DNA of 64,000 nt from an uncultured Gemmataceae bacterium (GTDB lineage Bacteria; Planctomycetota; Planctomycetia; Gemmatales; Gemmataceae), in assembly GCA_963750165.1 (NCBI GenBank), contig CAVVPN010000011.1, forward strand, positions 1,792,001 to 1,856,000, given 5' to 3'. The notes beneath the pieces were generated by a model. The model did not search any database and was not told the origin of the DNA. It was given only the letters and a program-made list of their open reading frames with translations. Positions 58,313-64,000 of the stretch are shown piece after piece (the first letter of the stretch is position 1; each line of letters starts with the position of its first letter). The translations under genes and the position numbers were made by a program.

Positions 58313-59816
58313 TTCTACTGTGCAACATGATTCTAGCCGGCAGCTGACGCGGTGGCTACACTGAACGGCGGTATCTTTGTGGAGGCCGCCATGGACATCC
58401 TCGACCACCCCGACGCGCAGGCCCTGCTGAACGACGCCGAACTCTCCGCTGCTGCCGTCCGCTCCTGCGCGGACCAGTTGACCGCCTTCGCCCAGCGCTA
58501 CCTGCCCCGGTTCCACCGAGAGGAGCACCGCGGCCACGCCCTGACCGTGCTGCGCGGCAAGCTCAGCGGCCTGCAGCGCAAGACCACCGAGCCCATCGCC
58601 ACCTTGGCCGGCCTCAAGCGCCGCCCCTTGCAACTGTTCGTCGGTGGCGGCGGCTGGGACGACCAGGCCGTCCTGGGCGAGTTGCGCCGCCACATCGCCG
58701 AGGAGTTGGCCGACGACGACGCCGTCTTCGTCCTGGACCCCTCGGCGTTCCCCAAGAAGGGGGCGGCTTCCTGTGGGGTGGCCCGCCAGTGGTGCGGCCG
58801 GTTGGGCAAGATCGACAACTGCCAGGTCGGCGTCTTCCTGGCCTACGTCGCCCCGCGCGGCAAGGCCCTGCTCGACGCCCAGCTCTATCTGGACCAGGAC
58901 TGGGCCCACGACCCCAGGCGCCGCGCCGCCACGTTTGTGCCCGCGGCGGTCGCCTTCGCCGAGAAGTGGCGGGTCGGCCTGGAACTGCTGGACCGCGCCC
59001 GCGCCGACCTGCCCGGGGACTGGGTGGCTGGCGACGACGAGTTCGGCCGCTGCACGGAACTGCGGGCGGCCCTGCGGCAGCGGCGGCTCCGGTACGTGCT
59101 GGACGTGCCCTGCAACACCCTGGTGCGTGACCTGGCCGAGCGGTTGCCGCCGGCGCGCCCCGGCGGCCGGCCGCGGTTGCCGGCGTTCGAGCGCGTTGAT
59201 CGGTGGGCGGCGCGGCAGCCGGCGGGGCGGTGGCGCAAGGTGAAGGTGCGTGACGGAGCCAAGGGGCCGCAGTGGGTCAAGGTGCTGTTGGCGGCGGTGC
59301 AGACCAAGGACGAGGACGGCTGCGTGGGGCCGCGCGAACGTCTGGCGATCCTCAAGAGTTGCGAGCCCAAGCCGCAGACGTGGTACACGCTCTCCAACGC
59401 GCACCGGGCGCGGCGCGGGCAGGTGGCGCGGGTACATGGGGCGCGGCACGGGGTCGAGGAACTCTTGGCGGAGGCCAAGGGCGAGGTGGGGTTGGGACAC
59501 TACGAGGTGCGCAGCTGGGTGGGCTGGCACCACCACATGACGCTGTCGCTGTTGGCCCTGTGGTTCCTGCAGACCGAGAAGCTGCGGCTGGGGGGAAAAA
59601 CACCAGCGCTGACGGTGCCGCAGGTGCGGCAGATCTTCACGGAACTGCTGCGCGAGCCGAGCCCCAGCGCGGCCCGGGTCGCGGAGATCGTGAGCCAAGT
59701 GCTGCGGCGTAACGAGGAGGCACGCATCTACCACTGGCACAACGCGACCGGGCAGTTCCCGCCGCGTCGGCCGCGGCCGCGCGGCCGACCGAAAAGAGGA
59801 AAGTAGCACAGTAGAA
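58313..59816 (+). mobile_element. IS701-family insertion sequence
   Basis: IRs ttctactgtgcaac / gtagcacagtagaa (13/14 match) flanked by CTAA direct repeats (58309-58312, 59817-59820). Confidence 0.92.
58391..59806 (+). CDS. IS701-family DDE transposase
   Basis: LDPSAFPKKG..S.GVARQWCGRLGKIDNCQVGVFL, GDDEFG, VEE..EAKGEVGLGHYEVRSWVGWHHH. Confidence 0.95.
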   Translation: MDILDHPDAQALLNDAELSAAAVRSCADQLTAFAQRYLPRFHREEHRGHALTVLRGKLSGLQRKTTEPIATLAGLKRRPLQLFVGGGGWDDQAVLGELRRHIAEELADDDAVFVLDPSAFPKKGAASCGVARQWCGRLGKIDNCQVGVFLAYVAPRGKALLDAQLYLDQDWAHDPRRRAATFVPAAVAFAEKWRVGLELLDRARADLPGDWVAGDDEFGRCTELRAALRQRRLRYVLDVPCNTLVRDLAERLPPARPGGRPRLPAFERVDRWAARQPAGRWRKVKVRDGAKGPQWVKVLLAAVQTKDEDGCVGPRERLAILKSCEPKPQTWYTLSNAHRARRGQVARVHGARHGVEELLAEAKGEVGLGHYEVRSWVGWHHHMTLSLLALWFLQTEKLRLGGKTPALTVPQVRQIFTELLREPSPSAARVAEIVSQVLRRNEEARIYHWHNATGQFPPRRPRPRGRPKRGK

Positions 59817-59914
59817 CTAAGCAGGCCGACTGGATTGCTGCCCACACCTTTTGTGGCAATAGCCGGCAACATCGACGCCACCTGGCCCATGAGGGAAAGG
59901 CTGTGTTGCCGGGC

Positions 59915-60130
59915 TTAGTCCGGGTTGGTGATGCTTCCTGTTTCTACGCCCTTACGATAGTTCTCGGGCACTTCCAGGATCCTCTCACCGAAGGTGAGGA
60001 GCCCCTGGTAAAGTTCGTCCATGGCCGCCGAAAACTGAGCGTTTCGGTCAGGTCCAGGCCAGACCGCGGCCAGCTGCGACATCACCGCCGATTGCGTGGA
60101 TAATAAATCAAGGAATGGAGTCCCGAGCAT
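59915..60130 (-). CDS. Small hypothetical ORF, possibly the 5' part of a gene disrupted by a stop and the IS
   Basis: 71-aa ORF with GGGAG SD-like sequence; frame stays open after the TAA and across the IS site to 58277. Confidence 0.35.
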   Translation of the reverse strand: MLGTPFLDLLSTQSAVMSQLAAVWPGPDRNAQFSAAMDELYQGLLTFGERILEVPENYRKGVETGSITNPD

Positions 60131-60194
60131 GGTTCATTTCTCCCGCCTGCCTCGTTGAGCAAGTCACTGTGGGAAGGAAGCCGCCGATTGTATT

Positions 60195-63100
60195 TTACCC
60201 CTTCCGCAGCGGCCCCGGCTCACCATAGCAGACGAACCCCCCCCAGCACAGCGGGTCGGCGTAGCGCGCCGCAGCGCCAGCTGGGCGTCGCGCAGCGCGT
60301 CGGCCCGCGGTTGGCCTGCCAGCAAGCGCTGGTAAAAATCCTCGAAAAACTCGCGGCGCGGCTGATCGGGCGTGCGCCACAGGCTCAGCACCAGCGTCTG
60401 CGCCCCGGCCAGCGCCAGCGCCCGCTGCAACCCCACCACCGCCCGCGCCGTGCGCCCGCGGCCCGCGCCCGTGTCCGCCAGCGACAGCGTTACCACCTGC
60501 GTCCGGCCCAGGTCCGCGCCGGCCAGGTCGCGCGCCGTCAATAGCCCATTTTCCAGGTCGGCGCCGCGGTCGTTGGCGCCGGCCAGCGCCACGCCGGCGC
60601 GGCGCAGCGGGTTCTGCCAGCGCGGCTCCGGCGGTCGCGGTCCCAGCTGGCCTGGCGTCGGCCGCGGCGGATCGCACAGCGCGAACGTCGGCGTCGCCAG
60701 GTGCAGCAGCCACGGCGCCCGACCTTCCAGCACCGTCTGCTTGCGGCCCTGCTGTCCCGTCACCAGCTGCCCCGCCGTCCGCGCCGCCACCGCCTGGCCC
60801 TCGGCGCGCGTTCCCGGCAAGCGCTCGAACAGCGGCACCTGGTCCGTCGCCCCGACAGGCTCCGCCGCCACCGGTTCGGGCCGCTCAGCCGCCCGTCCGC
60901 CGCCAAACAGCCGCGACAGCCAGCCGCCCGGCCGCGGCGGCGCCGGTGACACCGCGGATGCCTTGCCGTCGTCGTAATCGAGGTCCGCCAGCACCAGCGC
61001 CGGGCCCGCCGCCTCGCGCACCTCGCCCCAGCGCAGCACGTCTCGACCGCTGCCGACGTAGTGCAGCGTGTACTGGTCCAGCAGCGGCCGGCCGTCCTCC
61101 GCCGGCAGCGCCTCGAACGGCACATGAACCAGCTCGCCGTCCGGCGCCAGCAGCAGCCGCCGCCGACTCCCCAGCACCTCCGCCACGCGGTCGAACACCG
61201 CCGCCCGCAGCGCCCGGCCCGCCGGACTCACGTCACGACCGCCCGCCCGCTGCAACCCGGCCCGGAACTCCTGTACCAGCTGGTCGATCACCTCCGCGGG
61301 GCCGAGGTCGAACACGCGCACCTCGTCCGGCTGATCGGCCGCCAGCACAAACGCGAACGTCCGCGGCGCCTGCCAGCCGTAGCGGTCGCGCTCGAACGCC
61401 GTCGCGAAGTCAAAGGCGCGGAAGGTGACGTACTCCACCAGCGCCGCGTCTGGCGGCAGCGCCGCCGCCACCGCCCGCATGTCCACCGCTCGCAGCCGCT
61501 CCTGCAGCCCCAGTTCGCCGCCCGCCCGGTCCAGCTTCTCCAGCAGCTCCTCGCGCTCCAGGTGCCACTCCGCCAGCAACCAACGGTGCCGCTCCAGCCC
61601 CTCCGGCCCGGGACCGTTCAGCGTCTTGAGCGCGATCTGCCGTCGCAGCAACAGCAGCCGTTGCAGCTCGCCCTGCAACTGCGGATGCTGCCGCTGCCAC
61701 AGGGCCGTGCGCTGCGGTGCCAGCGCCTCGACCCACAGCGCCTTGCGGCGCAGCGTCAACTCGAACGCCTTGCGGGCCGTCTCCGCCGACGGCTTCAGCT
61801 GCACCAGCAGCAGCGTCAGCACTTTCTCGAAGTCCTCCTGCAGTACCTGCACATACGCCGCCCGCTGCCGCTCCGACTCCAGCGCGAACACCTGCGGCAC
61901 CAGCCGACCCTCCACCGCCAGCACCTGCTCCAGCAGCGCCAGCGCCTCGGCCACGCGCCCGGTCATGGCGCACAGCCCCGCCAGGCTCTGCAACGTCGTC
62001 GCGTGGTCGGGGTGGTCGTCGCCCAGCGCCTTCCGGTCGATCTGCAGCGCCTGCCGCAACAGCGGCTCCGCCTGCGCCGTCTGGCCGCGCGCCAGGTACA
62101 GTAGCGCCAGGTTGTTCAGCAGTCCCGACAGCGCCCGGTGCTCGTCGTCGTCCTTGCGCAGTAGCTCGATGGCCTGGCGGTACAGCGGCTCCGCGGCCGC
62201 GGTGTCGTCCAGCGCCCGGCACACGTCGGCCAGCCGCTGCAGGTGCGCCGCCAGAATCGGGTTGTCCTCGCCCACCGCCCGCCGCACCAGCTCCAGGTTC
62301 TGCCGCAACAGTGGCTCCGCCGCCGCCAGGTTGCCCAGCGCCTGGTGCATCCACGCCAGGCTATCGACGTGCTGGGCGTACTGGGCGCCGTGTTCGCCGA
62401 CGCCCTTGCGCGTCGCCTCCAGCGCCTCCTGGTGCAGCGCCTCCGCCGTCGCGTACTCGCCGCGGCCGAAGTGCAGCATGGCCAGGCCTGCCAGCGTGTC
62501 CGCCACCGCCGGGTGGTACTTGCCGAAGGCGCCGCGGTACACCTCCAGCGCTTGCCCGTACAGCTCCTCGGCCCGGCCCGGTTGCTCCTGCGCCTGGGCC
62601 AGCTGTCCCAGGTATGTCAGCGCTCCGGCCACGTCCGGATGGTCGTCGCCGCGCTGCTTGCGCAGGATCGCCAGTGATTCCCGCGCCAGCGCCTCGGCCT
62701 GCGGCAAATCGCCGAGCGTGCGCCGCAGCACCGACAGGTGGTACAGGTCCGCGGCGTGGGCCAGGTGATCCTCCGGCAGCGCCTGGCGATTGATGCGCTG
62801 CACCTGCCGCAGCAGCGGCTCGGCGGCCAGGTGGTTGCCCTGGTCGGCGTGCGCCCGCGCCAGGTCGCGCAGCGTCGCCGCCAGCGCCGGATGGTCCGGG
62901 CCGAACACCTGCTGCTGTGTCGCCAGCACCTGCTCCAGTTCCTGCTCCGCCTGCAAAAAGTCGCCCTTGCTCTGGTAGAACAGCGCCAGGCTGTGCTGCA
63001 CGCGCAGACTGTCTGGGTTGCGCTCGCCGTAGGCCGTGCGCAAAATCTCCAGCGCCTGGCGGAACAACGGCTCGGCGTCGGCGGGCCGGCCCAGCGCCTG

Positions 63101-64000
63101 GTTCAGCAGCGCCAGGTTGTGCAGACTCTGGGCGATGTCCGGGTGGTCCCCCTCCAGCTCGGCCTGGCGAATCTCCAGGGCACGCTGGTACAGCGGCTCC
63201 GCGGCCGGCAGGTTGCCCGTCTCGTGGTACAGCGCCGCCAGGTCGTTCAGCGCCTGGGCGAAGTCGGGGTGCTCCTCGCCCAGCAGCCGTTCGCGCAACT
63301 CCGCCACCTGCCGGTAGCGCACCTCGGCGGCGTTGTAGTTGCCCATGCGGTGGTACAGCTGGGCCAGGCTGTGCAGCGTCTGCACGAAGTCGGGGTGGTC
63401 CTCGCCCAGCAGCTTGCGCTGCTTCTCCAGCACCTGCAGGAACAGCGGCTCCGCGGCCTGGTAGTTGCCCAGCTGCTGCAGCACGCCAGCCAAAGCGTGC
63501 TCGCCGCGGGCGCACTCCGGGCTCTGCTCGCCGTGCTGCGCTCCCATCAGCCGCACCGCCTGGCGGTACAGCGGCTCGGCGGCCGCCGGGTTGCCCACGG
63601 CGCAGTGCATGCTCGCCAAATTGTTCAGGTTGTCCAGCACGGCGCGGTGCTCCTCGCCCAGGCTGGTCCGCAGGATGTCCAAAACACGCTGGTACAGCTC
63701 CACCGCCGCCTCGGTCTCGCCGCGGGCGTGCCGCAGGTTGGCGAACAGCTGCAGACTGCCGGCGAACGCCGGGTGCCGCTCGCCAAAGGTGCGGCGCGTG
63801 ATCTCCAGCGACCGCCGCACCAGCGGCTCGGCCTCGTCGTACTTCTGTTGCAAGCTCAGCAGCGCCGCCAGGTCGTTGAGCACGTCCGCCCCCTCGGGGT
63901 GGTCGTCGGCCAGCACCTCCTGCAGCGTCGCCAGCGCCTGCCGCAGCATCGGCTCGGCGTCGCCCAGCTTGCCCTGGCGCAGCGCACGGCGCCCAGCTCG
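60195..64000 (-). CDS. TPR-repeat + CHAT domain protein, 5'-partial (frameshift near 60265)
   Basis: Many LGEEHPD.A..LN.LA.LY TPRs; ALVEY, LLLAPDGELVHVPFEAL, GLQRAL.LAGA..LVLSLW, WGGFVCYG. Confidence 0.92.

Noticed and set aside
58277..59890. 537-aa minus-strand ORF across the IS
   Set aside because: Antisense shadow of the GC-rich transposase

Overview
GC-rich bacterial chromosomal window with a gene content typical of Planctomycetota (probably Gemmataceae-like; inferred from DUF1501, DUF4339/GYF, many Ser/Thr kinases, WD40, CHAT-TPR and ECF genes). Housekeeping genes are uvrA (5'-partial), tRNA-Glu(CTC), surE, rplU, a stand-alone rplX, an RluA-family gene, pncA and proS. Other content: an ECF sigma/kinase/FHA signalling cluster, an SDR-AsnB-ABC-MFP operon, a coiled-coil membrane-protein operon, an intact IS701-family element, an integrase remnant and many REP-like or heptamer palindromes. 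About ten genes carry frameshifts that look like long-read indel errors. Main finds: (1) a secreted thioredoxin-fold/CxxCH/PDZ protein whose active site reads TGA-CTG-CAC-TGA, a candidate double-selenocysteine UxxU motif followed by a SECIS-like hairpin and missed by the ORF track; (2) three Rpn-like loci, each with an in-frame internal Shine-Dalgarno plus start before the C-terminal region, suggesting intragenic antitoxins; (3) a perfect 26-bp REP palindrome translated in-frame inside UvrA; (4) a degenerate AKR-FeS-Ig-PLP aminotransferase fusion; (5) a TPR-CHAT protein lacking both catalytic residues. All assignments come from motif recognition only; no database searches were run.
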